This document shows, piece after piece, positions 1 through 12,717 of a stretch of DNA of 64,000 nucleotides. The position numbers were made by a program, and so were the translations under genes. Under the pieces are notes generated by a model. It did no database searches, was not told the DNA's origin, and saw only the letters and a program-made list of their open reading frames with translations. The DNA is from Azolla caroliniana (lineage: Eukaryota > Plantae > Polypodiophyta), in the NCBI GenBank assembly GCA_043228905.1, contig JBHGNT010000001.1, positions 3,968,001-4,032,000 of the forward strand, in the 5' to 3' direction. Every line of letters begins with the position of its first letter. The first letter of the stretch is position 1.

Positions 1-338
1 ATTACAATTACCACTCCTGACCAACCACAGCCCCTCCACGTGCTCCACCTCCATCATAGACTCCATCATTGTCATGTATGCCCTAAACGCGCTTCGGATT
101 TGAAGTGTTTGATTAGATCATTTGTGATACCTTGATCTCATTAGCTAGCCAATTAGAGTCCAATTTTGCTATGAGAACTGTGATCATTGATCTGTCTATA
201 GGGATTGTGTAGGTTGCAAATAGAATAACCTCTTCATGCTTAGTGGGCATTGAGATTGTTGGCCATAGGTTCCTTTCAAAATGAAATCGTCTAGGAAATT
301 AGACCAGTGAGCTTTCCTACAATTTAAGAGGGTGATGG

Positions 339-919
339 TGTTGGAGATTTGTATGGTTTGCCCCAACCAAGTAAGGACATCATTCCTTGAACATTGAGAT
401 GTTAGCCAATAACATTAGATACTTGCATTCGTTTGTTGTGATGACATCAAATTGGTACTTCAACTAGTGTTACCCTTTGGAAGTTCCACAAATTGGTTCC
501 ATCATGTGTATACCTAGACAACCTATCTATTCATGTGTTCATGTAGCCGCCAATTACCCATCCAACTTACATATCCATGTATAAACTACATACTACACTA
601 TATATACAACACATCCATATATCTATTCCTTACAAAGCCTCACATGCATAGAGATGAAGGTTAGAGTTATACTTAATTAAGCAATGCATTCATACCTTTG
701 AAATACCTTTCGGTTTTCTTCATTACCTTAGTGGCCCAAAATTATCATTATTTCGCCAATGTCCCTTAGCATTTTCCTTTGTGAGATGAAATTCACAAGA
801 ATAAACCTTTGGTAAGGAGCTAGTGTTGATGAATGCCTATTGCCCAATGATGAGTTACATTTCCCTCTTTCCAAATAGGTCATGCTTCTCTCTAACTCAC
901 TCTCACTCATGGTATCGAG
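339..919 (+). mobile_element. Possible decayed LTR relic
   Basis: Purine tract AAGAGGGTGATGG directly before TGTTGG (339); CA at 908-909 followed by TGGTATCGAG, resembling a tRNA-iMet PBS. No partner LTR, TSD or coding domain seen. Confidence 0.25.
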
Positions 920-2551
920 TAAACCACAATACCGCACTCATTATTACAACAAGACCTTCAAACTCCCACTATTTTTGGCAAAAATGTATCCAACACTTTG
1001 TTTGCAACAAAATCATGCTTGATATGTTTACTTTTTTACGAAGTTATTGAAAGGTTGATCTATAAATAAGCGTGCCTTCAAATTGCTCTTTTATTTCTCC
1101 ATTGCAACCTCTAGCTTGTTATTTTTTTCTTTATGCGCAACACAACTCAGAAAAAGAGAAAAAGGCAAACAAAGGCCCATATATATTTACTTTTAGGAGT
1201 GACCAAAAGCATCACAAGACATAAAGAATGTCTCAAGGTTTTGGATTTGTTGTAGGCAATATGAAAATTATTAATCTAATTAATTAGAAATGACTTTGAT
1301 TCTATGTTAAATTATTAAGTTAAATATATATTAAGCTTAATTAAGATAGTTAAGTCCATATGATTATATGGTGTTTTTGTGTTTAATCTTAATTCACAAT
1401 AGTGACATTATGTTTCTAATGATGTGTATAATAACTTCAGTGCAACGTGTCTTTAAATTACAATTCCATGCTATCAAGTAGTAAAAAAAACCTTGAATTT
1501 GACCCTACATGTCAAATGCAAATAGTGATATTATTGGCCTCAGTTGAAATAAAGACAATACATATGTGAGCACCACTATCATGGATATGTGTGCTGAATG
1601 TGACGTTATCTTCACCATTTCGACTCATAGATAGGAACTGACATCAGGTCTCCATTTAGTATTTTCATGAGTTCCTAGGGGTTTGTTGAGGGTTTTGAGG
1701 TTTTGATCTCATGCTAGGAATACTAAAGTTCCTTTAAAACAAAAAATATATATCTACATGATAGAAAGCGATTAAGAACCACAAAAATAAATAAAAGTGT
1801 TATTGGGAATAAACCATGCAATATAAATGCATTGTAAACCCAATTCTAGCTCACACTTTTGGAGTATGTACCTGTAACCTAATATATATATATATATATA
1901 TATATAATGTTTTTGGAATGAACATATTGCCCCAGTAATGAGTGTTGCCAATTTTTTCTTTTTGAAATGTGACCTTTCGTTCTAGTATGATGTGAGAATA
2001 AAATCTTTGGGCCCATTAAATTTTGTTGACATATGAACATCATAGTGTTTTTCTTTATAAATTTATTGTGATATGCATATGAGATTAGTAGATGTTGCCA
2101 TGAAGTGTATTAATTTGTGCCAATGACATATCTCATGGAGACCAAGGTCCATGAGGTCATTGGGAATCCCTCGACTTTGCCAACTAAATGCACAACTTGA
2201 GATGTGAGAATGACTAGTTAATAGAAACATATAAAGACGCGTTAGTGTTGTCCAAAGGAAAAGTTTGAATCTTTTCCGAAATTTCCCTTGCACGTTTGTC
2301 GACCTAACCTCAACCATCCTTCGAAAACTTGCGAAAAGGCAACTTTTTGTTGTGAGTTACTATCTTAAAATTTTATTGTGGTTGGGCAGTTTGACAGGAG
2401 AGAGGAGGAAGTGTTGTACGATAAATAAGAGATTTAGGAATACAACACGATCTAATGCCTTTTACAACAAATGGTATGCTCAATCTTTAACTTTTTTGTG
2501 ACATTGTATCCCCCCACTTTGCCCTCTTTATAAGCTATCAATGCCTTCTTT

Positions 2552-2573
2552 TTCTTTTTTTTCCCCAAAAATG
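2552..2573 (-). mobile_element. 22-bp ultra-truncated LINE 3' tail insertion
   Basis: 14-bp TSD TCAATGCCTTCTTT (2538-2551, 2574-2587). Insert reads CATTTTTGGGGAAAAAAAAGAA on -, matching the CATTTTGGGAAAAG end of the full L1 at ~46750. Confidence 0.7.
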
Positions 2574-5500
2574 TCAATGCCTTCTTTGAGATTGAAAAAA
2601 ACAATGATGCATTGCCACCTGGCCACCTAGGTACGCTTGAAGCAAGGGCATTATTTTCACTTTAGAGATATAGAATCACATGATATGGAATAACCCCATT
2701 TTTCTATAGTGCAATATAAAACATCCTTGAGAGAGGAGTTAGCATTGTAGTCCTACAAGCAAATAACAAAAGTCATTTATGCTTGATGGCAATTTGGAAC
2801 CCGAAAGACAAAGAGAGGCAACGACCACTAACATGTAAAGTTGTGTCAATCTCCGGTTTTTGTAAAAGGTTGTCCCAACATTCATCCATCTATTTTTACA
2901 AGCTTTATAACTAGGTAAATTTGGATCAATCTCTAATTTGTCAGTGGAAACAATTTGTCTTCAAGTTTGATGGTTGCAAAGGAATATAACTTATGTACGA
3001 AAACTTTGAGAATACCCCACCTTCGACTTTTTGACCACCCCATCACTTCATTCAATATTCTCGATCTTTTCTATTAGTGTCAAAACCAAAAAATATTGAC
3101 ATTACATAGAAAAAAATAGTGGTTGGGATGAGAGAATAACCTAAATGTGGCTTTGATATTTGGTATTCCCTTAAGATAACGATAGTAAAGATTTATATTC
3201 TATGATAGTATTCATTGATACTTTTGGATTTATTGAAGACATATATTAATTATGGACAAACACTCTTCTGTGTGTTGGCACAACTTGGTAAAGCACTACT
3301 GAGTATGGACATATATGACACAAGTGCACACCCCATGACATTTAAAACCAACTTCCCATTTATCTGACATCCAAAGTCCATTTGCACATAAGTGAACAAA
3401 CATAAACATGTTGTAAAACATATTGCTTGACCAAAATTTGGCTACCATTGGGATTGGAGCAATTGTGAATATCTATATTGATAAAAAATAAAACATTGTT
3501 TACAATAACAGATAGGACATTAGTTATATGTATATGAGGCCTAACACCGCTCGTGATTTCCTTATATAAACCATGACCAAATGGAAACTAGTGTTGGTTA
3601 AACATCACAAATTAGGAGTTTGGGACTAATATTATGTTCAAGTTACACAACCGTAGACATTGTGCTACTTACATTCGTAAGTGAGGCAACACGAAAGATG
3701 TCAAGGAAGAAGGACAAACAACAACATCCAATAAGTGGTCACGTCATAGAGGGCCCATACTCATGTGTATTCAATGATATTGAGCCTTTTGAGCTAACCA
3801 AGGTTTTAATGAAAATGTTACATAAAACTTTATATCAAATACATACCAACATAAAATTTTGCCCTTTTTTTCTTGAAATGGTGGTTGAAACTTGTAGGTT
3901 TGTATGACCTTAATGTAAAAATTGCGGTGTCTTGAAGTTATGAAATACATCCCATCACTTATAGATTTCATTCGAAGATGAATGTGATAGCTTCTAAGTT
4001 CTACCTAACGCATGACTTTTGATGCACCACTTGGCTCTACCAATGAAGTTTACACTTCAATATGTTGTGATTTACATGTAGAATTTAAAATCACATACCA
4101 TGACTTATATAGTGCACGCATGTATGTAACAAATGAAAAATGACTTGTCATTAGAGAGAACTTAATCAATACACTGACCTAATTAACATATGAGCAATAG
4201 GGAGGATAGATAGATAAATAAATATTTTTATCATCCACAAGAATTTGATTGTGATTTATGAGACTGGGCAATGCCCATGGCAAGGATTGAAATGAGAGAA
4301 AGAGAGAGAAATTAAGAGAGAGAAAATAAGAGAGAGATTTTGTTATTGTTATTGTTATTGTAGATCAAATACGACTTATGGGACCAAACATGAAACATTT
4401 AAAAAAGAAAAGAAAGAAAGATACACCTTAGTATATTACTTGAGAAATGTACATATAAAAAACATGAAACATTTTTAGGTAGTACTTGTGGAGTTTAGTG
4501 ACTGTGTTGCAATTGAGAGTGCATATTAATACTTGAATGTGATCAAAGTTGGAGCCTTGTAATAGAGTTTGATACTCAAACTCAAACTCACAAATTGTTG
4601 AGGGCAAATTATGTATAGTCGATAAGCTTTCTTCCTTGTGCATGATACCCCATCTCAAAGATAATGTGGAAGCAATGGTGGTTTTGTAGTTTGGTGCAAC
4701 ATATGTAATATAAAGTGTGAAATGTGAACCTCCGTATCTCACCTAAGTTGTGATACATTAGCAATACAAAATAGTCACATTCATGCTGGAATCTTTTGAT
4801 GCATCTTACGACTAGTGTAATGACAAATGCATCAAACCTTCCAAACCATGTGCTCATATCTTGCATTTATTAAGAACCCAAAATTTTGCTTTTGTGGCTT
4901 TGAAACGTTTTTATTTGATTCACATGGGATAATATGCTATCGATTTAAGGTAGATGGATAAATATGATCTTACATCCATGATGATGGAAGGCCTATGTAG
5001 GATGGTGTTTAACCCCATGGTGAGTGTTGCATTAGGTTCTAGGTTGAAGACAAGAGAGTCACATGCTCAACCTCAACATACCTTAGCATCATGGAGCAAT
5101 ATTGGTAGGTGTTTAAATAAAAAAATGCAAGTCATTGCTTAGTTAACTTGACGGGGATAAATATCGATAGGGTGTCATCTAACTAAATTTAAGGATTAAT
5201 ATTGTATACATGGGCCCCTTTGTTGCAAAAAGCTAATTTTGGTTAATTTTGTACAATATTATACATATGCATTCACTCATCCCCTCAAAGGCTAGTGAGA
5301 TATGCATGGATGGTTTTTGCTAGAGGGGTCAATTTGTGTTTGGTACATCCCATAATCCATTCCCTCGAATAGGTTACATGTGACCACAACTGTAACTTGA
5401 TCTTATCCATACACTAGACGAATACAATAAAGTTAGAGCATCCTCAAATCAAAACACCCCAACCTTAAAGGGACAATTTCTTATAGGCATGAGCTCTTTG

Positions 5501-6278
5501 ACTTCAACAACTAAGTTTAGTAAATCTAATAAATTATTAGACACTTGAGTGATAGTCATTCTAATGCCTAGTTTTGCGCGATGCGTTGAGCAATGAGGGT
5601 TGAATTACATGTATTGCATGACATTCATCCCCAAAACCAAGTTGTTTATGACGATGCAAAGAAGTCGATCTTATCTATAGTTCATGCAAGGTGATAGGGT
5701 TGTGATATCTATTCACACACAAGTCCTTGACTTGAAAAACTAAATTGGTCATTTAAGTCAATGCTACTTGTCAATTGATAATATTTCATGTGGTCATTAA
5801 GATATGTATATGTAGATTGTGTGAACGAAGAGGTTGAAGTACATATTCCATTACTACCATTGCTTCCCCCAAAGGGCATGACAACTTATCATCCTTGACA
5901 TGGGCATGAATGGCTTGAATGGAAGGAACATACTTGAATTACATTCAATGTTCACTATAATGACATGCATAAATGACGACAAGGTCACATACCCAAAAGC
6001 AATTGTGCTTGTATTGACCCATAAGCTGCATAGATGGTGGATTGAAACACACACATGTTCCAAGTAACCGACATGTCTACTTGTTAAGGACAACATGACA
6101 AAGATTAGATTACCAATCTAATTTGGTAATCCTTCTAATGGACAAAATGCTGTTAAGAGTGAAGGGATGTGTCCGGTGCATGTTCGGTCAACAATCATGC
6201 ATTACCCACATTATCATCATACCTCGCTTATGAGGCAAGGCATGTCCGAGGCTCAATACAAAATACTTGCATGCCGGC

Positions 6279-6296
6279 ATACATACATACATTACA

Positions 6297-6327
<31 letters not shown>

Positions 6328-6633
6328 CTACTAGTAGTGGTAGTAAATAAAGGGTCATCTATATCTCTTCATATAGTAGTAGTAACAATGGGAAAGGAAA
6401 GCTCATCCTTATGTATATGGCAGGGGAAGGAAAGGAAGGAAAGGAATCATACAATGGGAAATGCATCTCTCTATACATACATACATACATACATACATAC
6501 ATACATACATACATACATACATACATACATACATACATACATACATGCATGCATGCATACATACATACATGCATGCATACATACATACATGCATGCGTGC
6601 ATACATACATACATACATGCATACATACATACA
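6279..6633. repeat. (TACA)n/(TGCA)n microsatellite arrays upstream of the WRKY gene
   Basis: Two visible ATAC arrays (~6279-6327 and ~6473-6633). They explain the spurious HTYI/MYVC ORFs. Confidence 0.95.
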
Positions 6634-7577
6634 TGGCTGTTAGAACTCTATTTCCTCTCTGATTCTTCTCATCAATCCTCCTCCTCCTCCTCATCTTCTT
6701 GTTCTCTGACTTCATAGTTTCTATTTTTGTTCTGATTCTCCGAGCTCAGACTAAGTCTCCATTGAATACAGAGAAACAGGTTATTACCCCTCCTCTCTCT
6801 CCTAGTTTTATGCGTGAATCCGGACTTCCTCTGTCTTTGTCTTTTGTCTCCCTTCCCATCTCTCTCTGGAATAATTCGCATCATTGGAGTTTCATCCCTT
6901 GTAATGCTGGTAATCCTCCCTCTTTCTCATTAGGGTTTGCATTTGAAAAAATAGAACACCTGAGCTCTGGGAAAAGAAGTTCCTAATTTTCTCGGAAGAG
7001 TGGTCTGATAAGAATTTCACAAAATTAGGGTTGTATTTCTGATATCAGAAAATCAGCACATTGGAATCTGGGAGAACCTCTTCTTTCTTAAGAGGTTTGT
7101 GATTAGAGTATCATTTCTTGCATTAGGATCAGCAGGCTGGAACCTTGCAAAAAACCCAATCTTCTGAAAGAGTGTTCTATTTTCTCTGTTCTTTTGAGAT
7201 TGCGAAGATCTACCCAAAATGAGGGTTTGGTAAGTTGGAGTTTGGTAAATTTAAGGTTCATTTGCAGAACAACCTGAGTTCTGGAAAAAATTATTTCCTG
7301 AAAGGGGTCTGTTTTAGGGTAGAAGTGGTGGCTATGGTAAAATTGATCTGATATTTTAAATTTAGGATCTCATAACATTAGAGATCCTTGCTTGCATCAG
7401 ATTTAGTTAGCAGGAAGTCGAATTTTCCTGAAGGAAATTTATGGTTATCGGTTACTCATGTTACTTTTTGTTTGTTTGTGGCAGGAGGGGTGACTATGGT
7501 ATTATCTGATGAAACTACCTCTAAAGGAAGAAGAGGAGAAACGAGAGGTTGAAACTTAGAAGAGCTTTTGACAGATT

Positions 7578-10500
7578 ATGGTAAATGTCATGGCTTCTTC
7601 TATCTCCTCTCAGAATTCCACCGTCAGCACTATTATAACCCAAAAAGATGAAGAAGGGAGATACTCAACCAAAGAAGAGAGGCCAAGTTTCTCTGTTCGG
7701 ACAGCTCGATTTAAACAAATGAAACCTTCCAGGTTCTCAACATGGAAGTCATCAAAAATTTCTATCCCTTTGGGTCTCAAGCCCTCTGATTTACTTGATT
7801 CACCCATCCTACGACCACCGATAGATCAGGTGAGTTGAGTTTCCTCTTTTTTTATTTCTATTGAATGTTCTTACATCCCGGAACCAAGGAGATTAACACA
7901 TCTTCTTAATAAATTCATGGTTAATCCCAAATCAAAGGCATTAATGCATCTTGAATTAATATGTATTAATAATACTTTCCTGATTAGATCCCTAATCAAA
8001 GAGGTTAACATCGATTTATAAATAATGAATGGAAATATGCAAACACCCTAATTATAGAAAAAAAGAAAAAAGATGGCAGCAATGTTGAGTTAGAGTTTTT
8101 CTTTATTAACAGATCAATGGTAAAAGCGGAGCTTTCTTCTCGTTCTTAGCAGGCAGAAGCATCTCCAACAACTGGGACGTCTCCACTCCCTCCAATCATT
8201 GATGGAAATATATCAACAGTTAAGTCCCCATCGGACTCTCTAGACAAGACCACAATTCAAGATGGTGTTCAAATCATCATATATAAGCCGATACCAAGCT
8301 TTGGAATCAATGGGTTCTCTTCTCTTTCCACCAGAGAAGACACAATGACAGTTACCAAAGCATCAACATCAGTGCCTTCTCCAGACTTGGCTCCCCAAAT
8401 TAGGATGGCATCAGAAAAAGCCCATCAAGCTTCAGATAATGTCAAGCAAGACCAGTTAGTTATGCAAACTTGCAGGACTCTTAATTTGGAGATTTCGTCG
8501 GAAGACGGTTATAGTTGGAGGAAATATGGGCAGAAGTTGGTAAAGAACAGTAAGTTCCCGCGAAGCTATTTTCGATGTGCTTATCCAAGTTGCCCTGTGA
8601 AGAAAATGGTGGAGGAGTCTAAAGTTGTTATTAGAGGGGAACACAATCACCCTCCGAAGCCACAACTCATAAGAAAATTGCCTACTGGAGCGTTGCAATC
8701 TGTGAGTAGGAATAGCAAAGAGGGTTCTATTGCTTTACCTTCTAGAGTTGACAGTTCCTTGGATCATATTATAGATGCATCCTTGAAAAGAGATAAGGGG
8801 CCAAAACTTCCCAGTGAATTGACACACATATCAGAGCCCTCTTCAGCATCCTCTATTATTGAAGGGAGAGCTGGTACAGAATGGACCAAAGTTCTTGAGA
8901 GAGAAGCTTTAACTAGGAACAAACTTGGAAATGACAAAGATGGTCCAAAGTCCAGGTAACAAAGCTGTGGTGTTCTAATTTAGTTCAATATATTTATAAA
9001 TTATTACTATATACATGTTAATGTGCATGCTTGATTGCAACGTTTTTCAGTAAACTCTTGAACATTGAACATCACCACTCAACTCCACACATAGCTTGTA
9101 AAAAGTTTTACCTTTGGCACTATAAGTGATGTTTGACCTCCAAGGACGATGATAAAATCTATATCTATTTCTTTCAGAAAGAAGGTGAAAGTAGGAGAGA
9201 CAGCTTCAAAATTATCCTTACGAACCTTTCATGAGCCACGTCATGTTGAGCGAATAAAATGTTACTCTGATGTTGTTGATGATGGTTATCGGTGGTGTAA
9301 GTATGGGCAAAAAGCAATCAAAGGAAATCCTCATCCTCGGTATGGAAACCCTATCTCAGCTGTTATATACTAGTATTTAGGAAGCAATATATATAGATAT
9401 TTATTTTTTTCCACTGGGTTGACATAATAATTTGCTTTCATTACTATGCCATACCTTTTTTGTAGTTCCCATCTCCAATAAATCGTGTCCTTAATGCAAA
9501 TTTCTGTGCTAAAATGCTGATAACTATGTTGATAATCTATGTATGCATATATGAATATATACATACATACACCTACATATGTTGTGTAAGTCGGATGTGT
9601 CATGAGTACAATGTGATGTCCTCTGATCTCAAATTTCTGCGGGAGTAGTACAAGATATGGCTCTAATGCATGAAAAATGGTGGATGTCTCTTCAGTACAA
9701 TGTGATGTTCTCTGCTTTGAGTTATAGCAGGTTCTCAGTTTCTGTGCAATGCATGTTGAGTGTAAGGTTCTTTTCTCCAGCAATTCATATCTCGATTGTA
9801 CAATTGTTTATATATTATACATATACAGCCATGCTAACTTAAGATGAAGCTTCTGCACGTTTGTTGATGCTTCCATTTTTTTCGTAGAGGGATATCTGTA
9901 TACAAAGATACTTGAATTTGTAGACTAGATCATATGGTTGGCATTTATGCTTTAGACGCTAGAATTTAATTATTAATTGAGATTTTTCAATGTGTACGAC
10001 TTGGGATGATCGCTCTCTTTAGAAGTTGGAATGGCTTGGTTTGCAAAATGAATGGAGCTCCGTTTTTTTTATCATAGTAATTTGCAGTGTGTGTTTTCCT
10101 ATTTGACACACAGTATATGTGCTTTCAAATTTGGAAATTGTTAAAACTTATTGTTACTCCATGCATTTCTCTAGAATGACGATATAAATCAAGAATTTTA
10201 GATAGTAAGCTCAAGCTTTACTCTATGTGATGCTTCATAGTTTACAATAGCATGTTTTTGAAAGTTAAGATGCATGCCTAATACTCAAGTGTATTTTGAA
10301 ACGATGTTTTCAGAAGTTATTACAAGTGCCATAGTCCTGGGTGCACTGTCCGCAAACATGTTGAGCGATCCGCAACAGATGAAGTGACTGTAATTTCTAC
10401 TTATGAAGGACAACACAACCATGAGGCACCAACTTCAAGATTCAGTGCTAGTGCTATTTCTGGATCATTTATAACAGCAATTACTCTTCCACATATATCT

Positions 10501-10872
10501 AGTTCGTCAAGATCAATTCCAAAGTCAAGCCAAATGCCACTACAGGATCATGCGGGTGAAAAATCATTGGAAGATGATAATCTTAACAAGGATTCTGAAC
10601 CTGTCATGTCAGTTATTCCATTTCTTACAGTTACAAACTCTGCAGCTGCAAATTCACCAGTTACAGATGCACAACCATTGAGCATGTGTTTGGCTTATCC
10701 CGAAAGAGAAGTCATGGGACCTTCCATGACAAAGATGGCGACTTTGCAATTACTAACATCGGGATCAGATGGAAAGTCAGCATTTCAAAGAGCTGAATTG
10801 TCAAGGCAGAGTGAAACATTCATAATGAAGTCAGAACCTGACGATGGGGAAGAGTTGCCGAATAAGAAATAA
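7578..10872 (+). CDS. WRKY: Group I WRKY transcription factor (two WRKY domains), atypical
   Basis: Exons 7578-7829, 8153-8955, 9178-9339, 10314-10872 splice GT-AG in frame. Group I motifs LLDSP and SPTTG. Domain 1 [20 protein letters not shown]; domain 2 [14 protein letters not shown]|[13 protein letters not shown] with the conserved PR intron. Confidence 0.93.
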
Positions 10873-11663
10873 TTATCGAAGGCTAGGTTGAGAGTAGTAT
10901 GAATTGGCAGTGGAAAATGTGTTCCAGTGGTCAGCAGGTGTTACAAATTTTACTCTTAAAATAGGCCATAGATTGGAACTTGGGTGCATCGAACATGATA
11001 CTTCAAACCACTTTGGTTATCCCTTTGTCTGATCCTTTTGCCATAATTCTTTACTAATCAATTGACCATGAGTGTGAAAACGCAAGGATTTAATATTTCT
11101 TGTTCTTACAAGGGAACAAGGATTTAATATTTTCTAGTTCCCATGGGGGGAGAAGATGCTGAACAGATTTGTAGATATAACCTAGGGAGTATGTGGTGTT
11201 AAAAGGTATGCACTTCTTTTCTGGGCTTGCACATCCTCATTTTTCCTAACTAGGATTGAAACATTGTATCCCCCCCATCCGTCAGCGATGATACTCATAC
11301 CTATGTATGCATTTGACACTGCAGTTCTAAGAGCCCATGAGCAATCTTATTTAGAGACTTCTATGATTATTTCACTGATAAATTTATGTTCTTACAAAAG
11401 AAGTCTGTTTCTGTGACTGTAATTTCAAGATAATTTACACATAATATCGTGAACATATCTTTGAACTTTGCATTTTAAATGTTGGGCATTGCTTTCTAAT
11501 GGTTTTGTAGATAAATCATCAGCAGTGCATTTTAAATATTGGGTCACATTTTTATTTGCTGATTTTGGGCTTTGATACTTGCACCAACTACCTTTATAAT
11601 TCCAAGGTTGTATCCACACAAAGCTCTCCCTAGAGTCATTTGTCTCTGAATCACACACTAAAA

Positions 11664-11909
11664 TGCTTAGGGAAAGCACAACCGAGCTTAGAATCATACA
11701 CAGAAAACAGGAAACGAAAAGCACGACACAAAGGAGAGAAAAGGTGCACAGGATGTTTACGTGGAAAACCCAAACTAAGGGAAAAACCACGGCAGCCCAC
11801 AGGCTGCAAACTATCACTATGTTGGAATGTACAAAACAGTGAGTTCACGGAGGCAGCGACCTCGTGCTCACGATCTTCGCCACAGGCGGCAGTTACAACA
11901 GAGGCAACG

Positions 11910-11950
<41 letters not shown>

Positions 11951-12371
11951 CATTGTTACGTGCTCTCTCTTCTTCTTGCACCAACAAGAAAAATGACAAC
12001 AACAACAAGAACAAAAAACAGTTACTATAAGTTTGCCCTAAGTCATATTTATACTAATATGACTTTTCGGCTATTTACAAATATAGCCTCGATGGACTCT
12101 CAGAAACATATTTACGAATATGTCTCTTCATCCGGTTCTCACCGGGTCTGCGTCATCCGGCTCTCTGTAGCCGGGTACTCCTCATCCGGTTCTCACCGGG
12201 TCTGCGTCATCCGGCTCTCCGTAGCCGGATACTCCTCATTCGGTTCTCACCGGGTCTGCACCATCCGGCTCTCCGTAGCCGGGTACTCCTCATCCGGTTT
12301 CGGCCTCGGCCGAGTTTGTTCATCGGCACTGTTCTTCTCTCTTCCCATCCGGAGGGACCTGTCTCCCAACA
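11664..12371 (-). mobile_element. Ty1/Copia-like solo or partial LTR
   Basis: Motif CCGTGGTTTTTCCC..GGGTTTTCCACGTAAA on - (~11757-11792), typical of plant Copia U5. The - strand begins TGTTGGGAGA at 12371. Contains (GA)n and a tandem array. Left boundary and TSD uncertain. Confidence 0.6.
12128..12299. repeat. 54-bp GC-rich tandem repeat, ~3.2 copies
   Basis: Units start at 12128, 12182, 12236 (TCATCCGGTTCTCACCGGGTCTGCGTCATCCGGCTCTCCGTAGCCGGGTACTCC). Confidence 0.95.
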
Positions 12372-12717
12372 GATTCGATAATACATGTGGATCATCCATA
12401 TAATGGGGCATTTAGATGAGCTTTTGGGAATGTGGAGATCCACCACTGTTTCATGTGATGGTGAAGGTTTGGTAAAACAAATGCTCAAGTAGAAATGATG
12501 GTTATGTCAATCTTTTGTATCCTAGTAATGCCTTCGGAACCATTCAAGTGAAATGCACTTGGTTTCACCATTTCTTTCGAGAGAAGCCTATAAGCTTCCA
12601 ATATGATAACCAATACATATATATATGTTTTCTACTTTCTACTGCCACATACATTCTCGTATTTCATGTACGTACTCCCTTTGCCCTAGTGATGTTGACA
12701 AAACTATTGGGAAGCAT

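Noticed and set aside
4386-4473. 15-bp direct repeat AAACATGAAACATTT as a retroposon TSD
   Set aside because: The A-run is on the wrong side for a target-primed insertion.
6169-6717. 182-aa and overlapping HTYI/MYVC ORFs
   Set aside because: Translations of (TACA)n microsatellites.
11425-11600. ADDLSTKPL as Copia RNase H ADxxTKPL; AGTATCAAAGCC as a PBS
   Set aside because: Short matches without supporting flanking motifs.
12128-12299. CRISPR-like palindromic array
   Set aside because: No unique spacers, no cas genes, eukaryotic context; it is a plain tandem repeat.
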